Virus record (IMG/VR): IMGVR_UViG_3300027412_000057
Location: 1-38,399 of that record
DNA: 38,399 bases
Source of the DNA: a virus
Taxonomy: Duplodnaviria; Caudoviricetes
Direction: 5' to 3' (one strand)
Shown here: positions 17,661-26,260 of the stretch, in pieces
How the letters are laid out: every line of letters begins with the position of its first letter
Position numbering within the stretch: the first letter of the stretch is position 1
Notes under the pieces: generated by a model
Told to the model about the DNA's origin: nothing
Databases searched by the model: none
What the model saw: the letters and a program-made list of their open reading frames with translations, nothing else
Made by a program: the position numbers and the translations under genes

Positions 17661-18311
17661 TTCGTCTCCTTCAGGTGGGGTTTTTGGATCGGCGAATGCC
17701 GGAGAAACTTGATTTTCACTACGAGACTCACGCAACTCATCCTGCGCGCCTAGTTCCAGGCTTTGCACGGTATAGCCGGGCAGTACTTTGTTGGCTTCAT
17801 CCTGGCCGAACTTGCCGATGATCCATTCGCGCAGATTGCGCCACAGACTGGCGTTATCTACATCGTCATAGTCAGCAAACTCGACGATGCCTTGTTCGGC
17901 ATCTCCGAACTCAGGATTACGCAAGCCTTTTACGGCAGGTGGCTGCGCACCCAGAAAACCCACATGACGCAGGTAATACACACCCGGCACAGGGTTGCTG
18001 GGGGAATCGGGAGAGTAGAACGAGGCGCTGATCTTCTTGAACGCGCCACCCGCTACCATCTCGGCAAAGGCGACATCGACCTGATTGGTATCAGCCTCCA
18101 GTGCGCCTTCAGCAAAACTCAGGCCGCCGACCCAGCCATAAGCAGGCGCATCGTGCCGAGGATGGCCGCAGACTAGCGGGGCCTCATGTTTGGCTGGATC
18201 ATAGGCTGCAGCGGTCGCAGCAAGATCGGTTTCAGAAAACGACAACGCATCGCCGCTCATTGCGACATGCTTGCCGGGCTTGAAAATCTGGATTGGTTTA
18301 GGCGTTTTCAT
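17178..18311 (-). CDS. Prohead protease/scaffold (Mu I/Z-like)
   Basis: IFKPG.H, HEAPLV.GHP, PAYGWV, KKISASFY.P..P.NP.PG.YYLRHVGFLGAQPPAVKGL; start moved to ATG 18311 from promoter geometry. Confidence 0.9.
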   Translation of the reverse strand: MKTPKPIQIFKPGKHVAMSGDALSFSETDLAATAAAYDPAKHEAPLVCGHPRHDAPAYGWVGGLSFAEGALEADTNQVDVAFAEMVAGGAFKKISASFYSPDSPSNPVPGVYYLRHVGFLGAQPPAVKGLRNPEFGDAEQGIVEFADYDDVDNASLWRNLREWIIGKFGQDEANKVLPGYTVQSLELGAQDELRESRSENQVSPAFADPKTPPEGDEMSAEDKARFAELEAENIRLKAEQVAFAEAETTRAAAARHAEHVAFAEVQVQAGKLLPSGKALVVATLDQMASPAQVVEFGEGEAKQSLVDAFKAFVTAMPKQVEFAEVSGAEASAAGVVNFAAPNGMSVDADRLALHQKALAHQSANKTTYEAALAAVSV

Positions 18312-18363
18312 GGTTGCCATTGTGGCAACCGGGGGAAGGGGCGTTAAGGCGGAACAGGTTCCG
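18312..18363 (-). promoter_or_regulatory. Putative Mor/C-activated late promoter upstream of protease (PI-like)
   Basis: CGGAACCTGTTCCG (18350-18363), 25 nt, -10 CACAAT (18319-18324), 7 nt, ATG. Confidence 0.8.
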
Positions 18364-18364
18364 T

Positions 18365-18420
18365 CACTCAGTAACAGGAACTTCAGTTCCGTTTTTGCGT
18401 GGGACTGCCCTTGCGGCAGG
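18365..18420. repeat. 56-nt structured element, copy B
   Basis: CACTCAGTAACA-GGAACTTCAGTTCC-GTTTTTGCGTGGG-ACTGCC-CTTGC-GGCAGG. Confidence 0.9.
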
Positions 18421-18485
18421 TGAGGATGCAGCTATCTGGAACTTTTTTAGGCTACCATAAAATTTATAAATATAGGAAATGTGAA

Positions 18486-19187
18486 TTATGTAGTGGTTGG
18501 TTTTTTGGCCGCCTGTTTTTCAAGCCGCACCTTGAACTCATCATAACGATCAGCGAGGTCATAGATATATTCAATAATCGCATGTACAAATATCTGAAGA
18601 TCGCGAGCATCCTCGCGCGAGATACTGATGTCTTCAGGATGCGCTGCCAGATCTCGGAATGCTTTCAGCTGCTGACTCCAGTCGTAAAGTCGCTGATCGA
18701 TGACCTGCATGTCTTTCAGTTTTTTGATACCCGCCCCAAGCATGATCTTCTTGGGTGCTTTCATGAAATCTGGAGGCGTGGCGACATTAATCACATCCCG
18801 ACAAAGTGCTTCCAACGCTCGGCCTAGCATAACGCAAGCCGCAATATTTGCCCCTGCTTGTAATGATCGCTCGGCTTCGCTTAATGAGTCTCTAACGACC
18901 TTGGGTATTCTCGCGCTATAGAATGTTTTAGCTGGCAGGGGATAGACCCGTATAACATCGCCCCACTGATCTTCGTAAGCAGTTACTCCCTCGAAACCAA
19001 TCTGCTCAGTCGATCCGACAAGAATGGCTTTGCAGACTGGACAGTTTCCGACCAATACCCTAAGCACTTCAGGAAGCTCGCCGGCATCTTCATAGTCGGC
19101 TTGTTCTGCTCGCCCCGTTTCAGCTGCAGCCACTTTTACTTTGCAGTAAGGGCAATCGATAATGAATGAGGGCTGTGGATTAGTCAT
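18486..19187 (-). CDS. DUF4145/HEPN-like protein with N-terminal CxxC pairs (moron)
   Basis: CPYC/CPVC; EA..S...GA..AA.VM.GRALE.LC; RDLAAH (Rx4H); lower GC; inserted between G and I. Confidence 0.8.
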   Translation of the reverse strand: MTNPQPSFIIDCPYCKVKVAAAETGRAEQADYEDAGELPEVLRVLVGNCPVCKAILVGSTEQIGFEGVTAYEDQWGDVIRVYPLPAKTFYSARIPKVVRDSLSEAERSLQAGANIAACVMLGRALEALCRDVINVATPPDFMKAPKKIMLGAGIKKLKDMQVIDQRLYDWSQQLKAFRDLAAHPEDISISREDARDLQIFVHAIIEYIYDLADRYDEFKVRLEKQAAKKPTTT

Positions 19188-19433
19188 TTTTATTCCCTAT
19201 CGCCAGAAGTTCAGCAAGTTTTTAACTCAATGGTGAGATTGTACTCCGTGAATACATTAGAAACCGCCTAACAAGGCCGTTAACCCACCGTTAAAAATCA
19301 TCCGTGATTATTTTTCATACCATCGCCGCACTGGAATGCGCTAGGCCGCTTAAAACGGCTCTGAGCGGGTTTCGCTCAAAACAACGAGCGCGTAGCGCGA
19401 CTATGTTTTTAGGCTAAGACCCTTGCGATCTTG

Positions 19434-19910
19434 TTATCCAGCGACACGACGCAGGTAGTCGCCGACCAGGCCGAGGATGTTTTCCGACGCCTCGGCTTGC
19501 AGGTTGCCCTGCGCATCGATCGGCAGGAAGGGACGGGCGGCGATAACTTTATTGGGAATCATGCTGCGCGGACTGGTTACCCCACCTAGCTGCTGCATAG
19601 CCGCATATTTTTTATTACTGCCGACCGTAGCGCTCATCGCATCATGACTGGAGCCGATAGAGGATGCCAACCCACCGGCGCTGACTTGCAACATCATGCC
19701 AGGCCATGTGCCGCGCTTGGTACGCATCGCAATCGTAGAGGGCTTTAACCCTAGCCACTTCGGACGACCCTGTGCGGCAAAATTCTTCTCAGTCTGCCGC
19801 TCCAGCTCCTGCGCGATCATGCTCATCACCGGCGACATGTTGTGCGCGGTAGCGGCCATCCGGTCAAGCATGGACATCACCGCTTTATCGTCTATCTTGA
19901 TTTCAAACAC
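19434..19910 (-). CDS. Virion morphogenesis protein (Mu G/gp31)
   Basis: F..QGRP.W..LKPST, VGSN.KYAA..Q.GG, I.ARPFL. Confidence 0.92.
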   Translation of the reverse strand: MFEIKIDDKAVMSMLDRMAATAHNMSPVMSMIAQELERQTEKNFAAQGRPKWLGLKPSTIAMRTKRGTWPGMMLQVSAGGLASSIGSSHDAMSATVGSNKKYAAMQQLGGVTSPRSMIPNKVIAARPFLPIDAQGNLQAEASENILGLVGDYLRRVAG

Positions 19911-19926
19911 CGCAACCCCCTATAAT
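19897..19926 (+). promoter_or_regulatory. Sigma70-like promoter antisense to late operon
   Basis: TTGATT (19897-19902), 18 nt, TATAAT (19921-19926). Confidence 0.65.
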
Positions 19927-19932
19927 GCTTGC

Positions 19933-20028
19933 ACGCCCATGATGAAAGCTGGAAATTAGACGGCGAGCCAGCGGAAGAGTACCTGCCCAGCAGGTGATGG
20001 TGAACAGCCGGTCACCCATCATGGAGCG
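19933..20028 (+). ncRNA. Putative cloverleaf (tRNA-like) small RNA
   Basis: Closing stem CCATGATG/CATCATGG with three internal hairpins (GCTGG/CCAGC, ACCTGC/GCAGGT, GGTGA/TCACC) directly after the promoter. Confidence 0.6.
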
Positions 20029-21329
20029 CCCATCTTGATGTAGCGATCTGAATTAAAGCGCTTCGCTTCTACCTTGTAGGCATTCACCAGAACATCCATT
20101 TTTCCGAGTTTCTTTACGCTGAAATCAAGCCTGGCGGGAACATAAATAACCCGGCCATCCTCCGCAGGATAGGTGTAAACAATATCTCGCTCTTTTGTGT
20201 CCCAATAAACAGCATTCGGCTTGGCGACGATGGCAGGAAGCGACTGATACTCAGTTGGTGTGAGCGCAATATTCCCGCCCTTATGTTTGAAGCTATCTGC
20301 ATGCAATAATCTTTTCTCCGGAAGCGCCAGTACACGCGCCGCATCCACGCCGCCATTATGACCCTTCGCAAAGTCGGCAATTTCCTCAGATACAAAACCT
20401 ACCACCTGCGCTTCATGACCTGGTGCGCGTTTGGTCAATGCCGTGCTGACCCAGCTGGCAAACACCTGGTGACGTAATTCTGAATTATTGATTGCCTGCA
20501 CGGCCTGCACGCGGACAGCACGATCTTTCACCGCACTGATCTTGCGCATCACCTCGATATCGGTGCCGAATGCGGCACGACCCGGGTTATAACTCCACCC
20601 CGCATCCGGCGCGAACAACTTATCTTGCCCATCCACCTTGATGCGCAACGCCTTACCCGGCACCGTGCTGCCATCCTTCAGGGTGATATTGTGATCTATC
20701 AGTCGCTCATCAGACGATTCAGCGTGGATACCATCGCGCTGCGCCTCGAATTCGCTGATCGCACTCACACGGCAGCGGCAGTTAAATCCGTTGGGCGGAT
20801 AGAGTGCGCCCCACGCAGGGTCATCATAGCGAAACACCCGGCCATTCATCGCGCGGTGCGTCGGGCGGGTGCGTCCATCCATCACTGCGACGTACTGCCA
20901 GTAGGGATGCGTGCCGACATTTTCCATCATGCGTTTATAGCGCCCGGCCATGTAGGCGGTTTGCAGGTTGGTCTGGTAGATGGTCTTGAGACGGCGCGGG
21001 CTGCCCAGCTGTACGGTGCTGATTTCACCAGTCAGCGTATTGACGTGTTCGGTCTTACCCCACCAACCTTTGGCTTGCAGGACAGGCGTTAAACTTTTCT
21101 GGAAATCACGCAGGGTGGTGCCATTGTTTAACGCGTCATCCAGCGCACCGCGAATATCGTTGAGGATGTCGGTATTCATCACCTTGGCCACTGTGAAGGC
21201 ATTGGCGTGTGCCTCTTGCCACAGCTCGCGCCAATCCCAGGTGATGGCATAGCCCTTGGCCTTGAAATATTCGATGGCTTGCTCGGGTGGCAGGCCAAAG
21301 ACGGCTGACAGATTGACAGGATCAGGCAT
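20019..21329 (-). CDS. MuF (gpF) head morphogenesis protein with C-terminal extension, possibly PBECR-type nuclease fold
   Basis: AFTVAK, RRL.TIY.TN..TAY.AGR, V.D.RTRP.H, YPPNGFNCRCRV, PD.GWSYNPG, then ~180 extra aa of lower GC. Confidence 0.9.
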   Translation of the reverse strand: MPDPVNLSAVFGLPPEQAIEYFKAKGYAITWDWRELWQEAHANAFTVAKVMNTDILNDIRGALDDALNNGTTLRDFQKSLTPVLQAKGWWGKTEHVNTLTGEISTVQLGSPRRLKTIYQTNLQTAYMAGRYKRMMENVGTHPYWQYVAVMDGRTRPTHRAMNGRVFRYDDPAWGALYPPNGFNCRCRVSAISEFEAQRDGIHAESSDERLIDHNITLKDGSTVPGKALRIKVDGQDKLFAPDAGWSYNPGRAAFGTDIEVMRKISAVKDRAVRVQAVQAINNSELRHQVFASWVSTALTKRAPGHEAQVVGFVSEEIADFAKGHNGGVDAARVLALPEKRLLHADSFKHKGGNIALTPTEYQSLPAIVAKPNAVYWDTKERDIVYTYPAEDGRVIYVPARLDFSVKKLGKMDVLVNAYKVEAKRFNSDRYIKMGAP

Positions 21330-22815
21330 TGTTTTCCACGCTCAAGCGACCCCAAACATCTGCCACGAACATCGCCCGTGCCAGCGCCTGTTCGAGTTGC
21401 GCGGTATCCATCGCCGGGAAGGTCTCGGCCAGTGCATTGAATACCTCGGCATAGTCGGCAGAGGCCGCGATTAGTTCAAGCACCGGCTTGAGCGAGGCGC
21501 GGGCTTGCGCGTCCAGCTGCTCGGGTGCTATGCCTTCGATGGCAGCATCCAGTGCGGTTTGGTCGGGGAACAGGTCTCTCTCGGCAAACTGTGCTGTAGT
21601 ACCCACCACGGCAGTATCAATCACAGGCGGTGTGACGGCTTGTGTCTCGACCCACTCGCCGCCATAGGTGTCATGGATATAGGCCAGCGTCGGCTTAAAG
21701 CCCATCTTGCTGATGCGTTCATCACGCTCCGAAGTCGTGTTGCTATCCTCTTCGTCCTCACACTTTCGCCAGACTTGCGGGATTGTCGCCCCTGGGAAAT
21801 TCCACTCGACCAGCCACTTGATCACAGTTGCATTCAGCGACATGCAGACCAGATCGGCATCGGCCTTAACGATATCGGTGCGTACCTCGCCTTGCAGATC
21901 ATCATTACCCAGCTTGCCGGGCGTGCCCTGCGTGCTGGCCGTCTGGCCCAGCGTGACGCGTGCGATCGCAGCGTCCATACGGTCATACAGCGATGTGTAA
22001 TCGGCTGTGCCGCCGCGCTTGGCCTCCAGAAGCTCGGCGGTCATACCCTCAGGGAAGATGATCGCGCTATCGGTCTGGATAGCTTGTAATGCTGAAAGCA
22101 GCTTGTCCTGATCTGCTTTGACAGTGCCAGCCTGATATTTACCCACGGCGGTCGGGCTGCCGAACTTCTCCAGGAAGATCAGCCAGAATTTAACGCCGCT
22201 ACGCTTAAAAAATACCGGCCAGTACAACCAGTGAGCAAGGCCGAGGCCATATGGCTCATCGCAATGGTCACTGCCGGTGGCAAAGTGCCAGAATTTCTTT
22301 TCGGGTAACTCTTCGCCCATCGGGTTCGAGCTGGTGCGCAGGCGTAGCGACATATCCGGCGCATAGCCGAAGCGGCGACGATCACGTACCTTGATGCCCC
22401 CACGACTAGTGTCCAGTACGATCTTGCCATCTTCCACCGTGTACATCGGCTCAGCCACTGCGTAGCCATAAAACACGCCATAGAGCATCTTTTCTGTGAT
22501 GTCATCGAAGGCGATGGCTTTGAGCTGCTGCTCGATGAATTCGGCGGCCTGCTTGTCGATGCGCTTAGTACCACCCGGCATCACTTCCCAGGGGCGCGCA
22601 GTGACGGCGCGGGCACGCTGACCGAAACAGGCTTTTACCTGATCATCGCGCAACACTTCCTGATAGATGGCCAGATCGCCATTGCCCTTGAGCGCCAGCA
22701 GCTTATCGGTAGAGGGCAGCAGCGGCAGGCTGTCAACATAACCGCGCGTGATATCGCGCCCGTCACGCGTGGTAGCGATCTCGTCTTTTTGTTCCGGCTT
22801 GAGCGTCTCGGTCAT
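21322..22815 (-). CDS. Portal protein (Mu gp29, DUF935)
   Basis: PYGLGL...LYWP..FK....KFW..FLEKFG.P...GKY, LGQT.ST; GAGGTG RBS before ATG 22815. Confidence 0.93.
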   Translation of the reverse strand: MTETLKPEQKDEIATTRDGRDITRGYVDSLPLLPSTDKLLALKGNGDLAIYQEVLRDDQVKACFGQRARAVTARPWEVMPGGTKRIDKQAAEFIEQQLKAIAFDDITEKMLYGVFYGYAVAEPMYTVEDGKIVLDTSRGGIKVRDRRRFGYAPDMSLRLRTSSNPMGEELPEKKFWHFATGSDHCDEPYGLGLAHWLYWPVFFKRSGVKFWLIFLEKFGSPTAVGKYQAGTVKADQDKLLSALQAIQTDSAIIFPEGMTAELLEAKRGGTADYTSLYDRMDAAIARVTLGQTASTQGTPGKLGNDDLQGEVRTDIVKADADLVCMSLNATVIKWLVEWNFPGATIPQVWRKCEDEEDSNTTSERDERISKMGFKPTLAYIHDTYGGEWVETQAVTPPVIDTAVVGTTAQFAERDLFPDQTALDAAIEGIAPEQLDAQARASLKPVLELIAASADYAEVFNALAETFPAMDTAQLEQALARAMFVADVWGRLSVENNA

Positions 22816-22823
22816 AGTCACCT

Positions 22824-24416
22824 CTACATAAATCCGGCCATGCCGCCAGATGCGGCGACACGTCGGCCTACTGATTGGAATTCGATATCAACCACTTCAC
22901 GCTTCATTGCGTAATGGCCAAGGAACAGGCTGATCGCCGAGTCGCCGTGGCGTTGCAGCTTTTCACCTTCGCCGCTCTGTGTCTTTGATTTGCCCAGTTT
23001 CGGGATACCGTCGATGAGCTGCAACGCGCGCAGATCATCACGCACCTGGCTGTCTTTCGGGATGTCGTCCAGCGTGCCGTCTTGCAGCGCCGCCTTGAAG
23101 CGCGGCATGTTTTCAAGATAGAAAGAATTACTCAACATCACCTGCTCGATACGGGTCTGGCCATACTTCTGTGCGGCGCGCTCTGCCAGATACTGACCGT
23201 TGCCGCGCGCATCGAATGCTGCCGAGCGGAAGCGTGGCAAACGGTCCAGGATGTAGAACACGATCTGTTCCTGTTGGGTGAACGGGCAGTTGGACAGTTC
23301 GACCTGGCCACGCACGCGGGTGATCAGGTCGCGCCCCTCTTCCATGATATCCAGTACGGTCAAGTCGCCCAGGCGCGCGAAGTCTTCACCGAGGCCATGC
23401 GCCATATCTTTATTCAGGCCATCCAGTATCGGCTTCAGATGCTCTTCGCACCATTCGGCCACTTCTGCTTGACGCTCCCAGTCCGGCAGATAGGCAAACT
23501 CTGATTTCCATTTACCGCGCACCAGTGGCGTGTCCGGATTCATCCTCGCCTCGATCAGCCCCATCGTCAGATACGCGCCACCCGATTGCGATGGCACGAC
23601 ATCCAGCTCTTCGGCTGCATCATCACCATAGAAGGCATAGGCATCAGCTACCCATGCAGCCTCACCATCAGCAGTCCATGCAATGCCACGGCGCAGACAA
23701 ACCCTCAGATATAGCCCTTGCTCGACGGCCTTGCGGAAGGTAATGCGATGTACCACCCCTTTACGCTTGCCAGCGCGCACCTCCTGGATAAGCTCATTGA
23801 AGGCGTTGTCTTGACCGTCGTGCGTAGAGATGATGCGTACCTTGTCACCCCATAGCAGCATCGCCATCGCGGCCTTGAGTAGCGCATCCAGATCATTGTG
23901 GAAGGCCGCCTCATCGATGACGATGACACCCTGCTTGCCGCGCAGATTGGTCGGGCGCGAGCTGAGCGCGACGATGCGCCGGCCAGTAGCGGGGAAGTCG
24001 ATTTTGTAAGTCTTGATCTCCTTATCGCCATCGACAAAGATACCCTCTTCGATTTCAGAGGCAGCATAGTCATAGGCACGCGCCCACATCGCACATGCCT
24101 CAATGAACTCCAGCGCCATGTCCTGCGTAGGGCCGATGTAAAACACGTTCGAGTTGTATTCCTCGCGCGCTGCAATCAGTACATCATCAGCAGCCTCACC
24201 CCATGTCCAACCGACACGCCGTGATTTTTCCGCAATTTTTAAAGGGCTGTCATCCTCGATCCAGCGGATCTGATAGGGCAATAACACAGCCGGTGGCGCA
24301 TCTTTGCGCGCGGCATCGCCCGGTAGACTGACCGGAATGGATTTCACCCGCAAGGGGTAGGCCGGTGGGTTCCCGGCGGCTACGCCGCCACCCTTACGCT
24401 CAGTTTTGGATGCCAA
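22824..24416 (-). CDS. Terminase large subunit (Mu gp28-like)
   Basis: LLPYQ..W, EKSRRVG.TW, LRG.QG...IDEAAFH, GEDFAR.GDL, RHGDSA; TTG start at 24416 after AGGAG (start uncertain). Confidence 0.93.
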   Translation of the reverse strand: MASKTERKGGGVAAGNPPAYPLRVKSIPVSLPGDAARKDAPPAVLLPYQIRWIEDDSPLKIAEKSRRVGWTWGEAADDVLIAAREEYNSNVFYIGPTQDMALEFIEACAMWARAYDYAASEIEEGIFVDGDKEIKTYKIDFPATGRRIVALSSRPTNLRGKQGVIVIDEAAFHNDLDALLKAAMAMLLWGDKVRIISTHDGQDNAFNELIQEVRAGKRKGVVHRITFRKAVEQGLYLRVCLRRGIAWTADGEAAWVADAYAFYGDDAAEELDVVPSQSGGAYLTMGLIEARMNPDTPLVRGKWKSEFAYLPDWERQAEVAEWCEEHLKPILDGLNKDMAHGLGEDFARLGDLTVLDIMEEGRDLITRVRGQVELSNCPFTQQEQIVFYILDRLPRFRSAAFDARGNGQYLAERAAQKYGQTRIEQVMLSNSFYLENMPRFKAALQDGTLDDIPKDSQVRDDLRALQLIDGIPKLGKSKTQSGEGEKLQRHGDSAISLFLGHYAMKREVVDIEFQSVGRRVAASGGMAGFM

Positions 24417-24912
24417 GGATTCTGCTCCTGATCTCATTTACAGCAGCAGGCGACAAGCCGCCTTTCTTGGCGATCTTTTCAACCTCTTCAGCAGCTGAGC
24501 TTGCTTTTTCGCGTACCTCGGCTTGCCATTGTTTCTGCTTGACCGTAGCATTGCTTAACCGCGCCACCATCAGGCTGACTTCCTTCATGGACGCGCCTTC
24601 TTCCATCTTGAGCAGCATGTCAAAAGCCTTCTGCTGCACCAGCCGGATCAGCGCATCGTTCATCGCGCCTTCATCGTCAGGTACCGAGTCTGAGATTGCT
24701 TTGGCCTGCTGTGTTGCCATTTTAAGCGCGGACAGCCGCGCCTCGAATTCCTGACCGTAGCGATGGATGGCGCTCTTGGAGAGATCAAAGCCGCGCGCCT
24801 TCAGGTCTTCAGATAAAAGCTCATAGCCGGAAAAGTCACCCTCAACCAGCGCTTTATCCAGCCATGCTTTGACCTCTTTTGGCAGGCGAACAATCTTGCT
24901 GCGCGGTGCCAT
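24400..24912 (-). CDS. Terminase small subunit (Mu gp27, DUF3486)
   Basis: M..RSKI..LP..VK.WLD..L....FSGY, SKSAIHRYG, IR..ILGI. Confidence 0.88.
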   Translation of the reverse strand: MAPRSKIVRLPKEVKAWLDKALVEGDFSGYELLSEDLKARGFDLSKSAIHRYGQEFEARLSALKMATQQAKAISDSVPDDEGAMNDALIRLVQQKAFDMLLKMEEGASMKEVSLMVARLSNATVKQKQWQAEVREKASSAAEEVEKIAKKGGLSPAAVNEIRSRILGIQN

Positions 24913-24913
24913 C

Positions 24914-25225
24914 TCAGCCCACCCAGTATTTGGTTGGGCGCGCGATACCCGGGTCCACATCTATCGTGTACTCGACCACGTCTATACCGTGGCGGGTCAG
25001 ATCGGCAAACCAACGACCGCTAGGCTCTTTCACCAGCTTGACCAGTTCGCGGTCGGCCAGATAGTCCAGCGTGCGGCGAACTTCCAGCGCCGTAGCATCC
25101 TGGAATACCCCCTGAATCGTGGTCAACACCAGCTCTTCATAAGCTCCGATAGGTCGGGCATAATCCAGCGTCACCAGCATGTCCCAGCGTATTTTCTCGC
25201 GGCGAATCTTTTCATGATCAATCAC
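24914..25225 (-). CDS. Mu gp26-like conserved protein
   Basis: RRE..RW..L..L..ARP.G, VRR.LDYL..R.LV, G.DV.EY......PGIARP; GTG start. Confidence 0.8.
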   Translation of the reverse strand: MIDHEKIRREKIRWDMLVTLDYARPIGAYEELVLTTIQGVFQDATALEVRRTLDYLADRELVKLVKEPSGRWFADLTRHGIDVVEYTIDVDPGIARPTKYWVG

Positions 25226-25574
25226 GTTTTGCCCCCTGTATTTGCACCAGCTCCAACTTGCTATAGACCGCATCCAGCTTGGATTCGATCACCGTCTGAC
25301 CGCGTATGTAATCTTCGCGCCGTACGTACTGGATCGGCATGTCGCGTTGAAATATCAAAAACTCCTTTTCAAATTCACGCAGTTGTTCTGCCATCTTCGC
25401 TTCATCTCTGGCACGCGCAGTATTGTCACTTTGTATAGCTTCAAAACGTTGATCCAGTTGCGTTTTGAATTGCTTAACCAAAATCGTCCCGAATGCCCAT
25501 ACAACTAGTGCATAAGCCGCCACCACCGATATCAATCCGGTAATTAGCTGCCACATTTCTATCTGGAGCTGCAT
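25218..25574 (-). CDS. Membrane-anchored coiled-coil protein (Mu gp25 position)
   Basis: N-terminal TM; P..YVRREDYIR.Q..IE.KLD. Confidence 0.75.
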   Translation of the reverse strand: MQLQIEMWQLITGLISVVAAYALVVWAFGTILVKQFKTQLDQRFEAIQSDNTARARDEAKMAEQLREFEKEFLIFQRDMPIQYVRREDYIRGQTVIESKLDAVYSKLELVQIQGAKRD

Positions 25575-25762
25575 AATTGCCTTTCGCGTTTTTCGTAATC
25601 ATCCCGGCAATCGGTATCGCAAAAGCACCCCTCGAACACCACCTCGTCGCAGTTGTAGCAAAAGCCCAGCGCAGGCATGGCAGGTTTGAGCGCCTGATCG
25701 CGCAGCGCATCGGCACGGCGGAGTTCTTCAAAGGCTTGCGCCTGGTCAAGTTGATCGGTCAT
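25559..25762 (-). CDS. TraR/DksA-like C4 zinc-finger protein
   Basis: D..D.AQ..EE..R..AL; CYNC...FCD..C. Confidence 0.7.
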   Translation of the reverse strand: MTDQLDQAQAFEELRRADALRDQALKPAMPALGFCYNCDEVVFEGCFCDTDCRDDYEKRERQLCSSR

Positions 25763-26010
25763 TTATTTACGCACCCCGCCAACTTGGCCTGCTTGTCCCG
25801 GCACTGGCTGTACCATTCCATCGCCTCGATGTGGTTCTGCAACAAGTCTGTCAGCTTCCCCGACTTGGCCGGTGGCGGTGTGATACAGGGTGAACTCAGG
25901 CTCGCCGGGCACGGGCGCGGCGCTACCGCTATTGGCGGCGTTCCAGAGGCGCAACCCGTCAGCATCAAGGCCGCAATACTTAAACTCAGGATTGTTTTTA
26001 ACGATTTCAT
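25759..26010 (-). CDS. Rz1-like outer-membrane lipoprotein spanin, embedded in Rz
   Basis: MKSLKTILSLSIAALMLTGC lipobox; Pro-rich; alternate frame within Rz-like gene. Confidence 0.8.
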   Translation of the reverse strand: MKSLKTILSLSIAALMLTGCASGTPPIAVAPRPCPASLSSPCITPPPAKSGKLTDLLQNHIEAMEWYSQCRDKQAKLAGCVNK

Positions 26011-26260
26011 CAGCCTGCTCCTTGATGTTTTTGTAAACGATGCGGATACGCTCGCCGCTGGTTTCGCGCTGCGTGCCGATGGTTTCACGGCGCGTATCTT
26101 CCTTTGCCGTTGCAATAATTGCTGCGCCTTGCGCCGCCACCTGTCCCGCCACACATTTCGCTTTTGCATAATCGTTCCCCAACCACAACCCAGTCGAAAA
26201 TACGGACAGTAGCAACACCAGTCCGCCCAATAAACGCCACGGCAAGGGGATTAAACCCAT
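25763..26260 (-). CDS. Rz-like inner-membrane spanin
   Basis: N-terminal TM, helical region, C.LDADGLRLWNAAN; in lysis cassette. Confidence 0.75.
   Translation of the reverse strand: MGLIPLPWRLLGGLVLLLSVFSTGLWLGNDYAKAKCVAGQVAAQGAAIIATAKEDTRRETIGTQRETSGERIRIVYKNIKEQADEIVKNNPEFKYCGLDADGLRLWNAANSGSAAPVPGEPEFTLYHTATGQVGEADRLVAEPHRGDGMVQPVPGQAGQVGGVRK

Noticed and set aside
16824-17753. Long + strand ORFs (this one and others such as 8993-9697, 12665-13309, 35170-35946)
   Set aside because: Shadow frames antisense to well-supported phage genes in GC-rich DNA; no recognisable motifs
19933-20028. Canonical tRNA gene
   Set aside because: No TTCRA T-loop, no 7-nt anticodon loop, no 3' CCA; reported as tRNA-like only
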